Assembly: GCA_018653315.1 (NCBI GenBank)
Contig: JABIAL010000016.1
Span: forward strand, 3,433 to 67,432
Origin: a bacterium
Lineage (GTDB): Bacteria > Patescibacteriota > Patescibacteriia > UBA1558 > GWA2-36-10
Direction of reading: 5' to 3'
DNA: 64,000 bases
Of the stretch, positions 63,335 to 64,000 are shown piece after piece. The notes below the pieces were generated by a model. That model made no database searches and was not told the DNA's origin. It was given only the letters and a program-made list of their open reading frames with translations. The first letter of the stretch is position 1. Each line of letters begins with the position of its first letter. The translations under genes were made by a program, and so were the position numbers.

Positions 63335-64000
63335 ATGCGACAAGAAAAAGATGATCCAAGGCAAATAGCGACCGCTGAGGAATTAAAAAATTATAACTTA
63401 GAAGATAGAGATGGTAATGAACGCGGAGAAAACACTCTTGAAGATTTTAGTGAAGAAACATTGGTAAATATTAACAGTGAGGCAAGTGATACTAGAGCAG
63501 CATTACCAAAAGAAACTGTTGTTATTGACGGAATAGAGAATAAAGCCGTAGATGGAGTACATAATGTGTTAAGTGATAAAGAACAGAGAGATCAAGAAAT
63601 GAATTCAGCTTGGAACGACAAGGCTGAAGAAGGAAAAACAAAAGAGAAAAAAAAGGAAAAACAAAAGAGAAAGCAAGAAAATAAAGCTTGGAATATTAAG
63701 AAAAAGGAAGAGGCTCTAACTGAGGAGCAGAAGAAGAAAGACACAGAAAGGGCTTATGAATTCAATGAACATGAAAAAGCAGAAGAAAAGGAAAAATTAA
63801 GTGAATTACTGGGAGATGATGCAGAGGTAGATTTTAGTCCAAAGCATTCAACGGAGACCGTTAAAGATAGCGGCGAAGTCCCTATTGAAACAGGCAGTGA
63901 ATTAGCACCTGATTCTGAGTTAGGTTCTACTGAAATAGATAGTACTGGCAATGAATCAGTAGATAATCAAGAAACAATAACGGAGTTACGAGAATTAGAA
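63335..64000 (+). CDS. hypothetical highly charged low-complexity protein, 3' end beyond the window
   Basis: Open frame from the ATG at 63335 to the window end (222 codons, no stop). K/E-rich (KEKKKEKQKRKQENK). Confidence 0.4.
   Translation, partial: MRQEKDDPRQIATAEELKNYNLEDRDGNERGENTLEDFSEETLVNINSEASDTRAALPKETVVIDGIENKAVDGVHNVLSDKEQRDQEMNSAWNDKAEEGKTKEKKKEKQKRKQENKAWNIKKKEEALTEEQKKKDTERAYEFNEHEKAEEKEKLSELLGDDAEVDFSPKHSTETVKDSGEVPIETGSELAPDSELGSTEIDSTGNESVDNQETITELRELE

Overview
AT-rich (about 30% GC) bacterial chromosomal segment. Genes are compact, mostly co-directional, often translationally coupled, and have small intergenic spacers. Six tRNAs carry encoded CCA, and ribosomal-protein genes lack Shine-Dalgarno sequences. 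This is consistent with a reduced-genome, low-GC lineage (possibly CPR/Patescibacteria-like; that is inference only) using the standard genetic code.

Most of the window is core housekeeping:
- Glycolysis: pgk-eno followed by two tandem cofactor-independent phosphoglycerate mutase paralogs, and later tpiA-fba.
- Cell envelope: uppP, a GDP-mannose pyrophosphorylase-like gene, mltG, a partial dcw cluster (mraZ-rsmH-ftsL-ftsI-murF), and a D-Ala-D-Ala carboxypeptidase.
- Ribosomal proteins L10, L7/L12 and L21.
- A complete SUF Fe-S operon headed by an Rrf2/IscR-like regulator (sufC-sufB-sufD-sufS-sufU).
- dnaB-ybaB-recR, mutM and scpA/scpB.
- argS, asnS and aspS.
- A P2-type cation ATPase.
- tRNA-Glu, Lys, Asn, Thr(CGU), Tyr and Thr(GGU).

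Accessory or unusual content:
1. A 5' cluster of an acyl-activating enzyme, a standalone 7TM sensor paralog, a methyltransferase, a LuxI/FeeM-fold-like N-acyltransferase and an orphan 7TM-GAF histidine kinase.
2. Two tandem, large, acidic, membrane-anchored proteins built from repeated modules of about 120 aa.
3. A family of GC-rich short repeats (cores CTTCGACT.CGCTCAG and GTCCTGAGCG..AGTCGAAGGGC) that sit immediately 3' of nearly every tRNA and in some terminator loops.
4. A P-loop kinase-like gene plus a secreted-protein gene inserted between scpA and scpB, flanked by a 19-bp direct repeat.
5. A PP2C-like / TM / beta-propeller signalling protein.
6. Three GC-rich islands (about 45% GC) that are probably horizontally acquired.
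7. Candidate operators, attenuators and leaders, including MraZ boxes, a suf operator palindrome, the rplJ leader, and a structured leader or sRNA in front of tRNA-Asn.

No CRISPR array, rRNA, transposase or integrase was seen.
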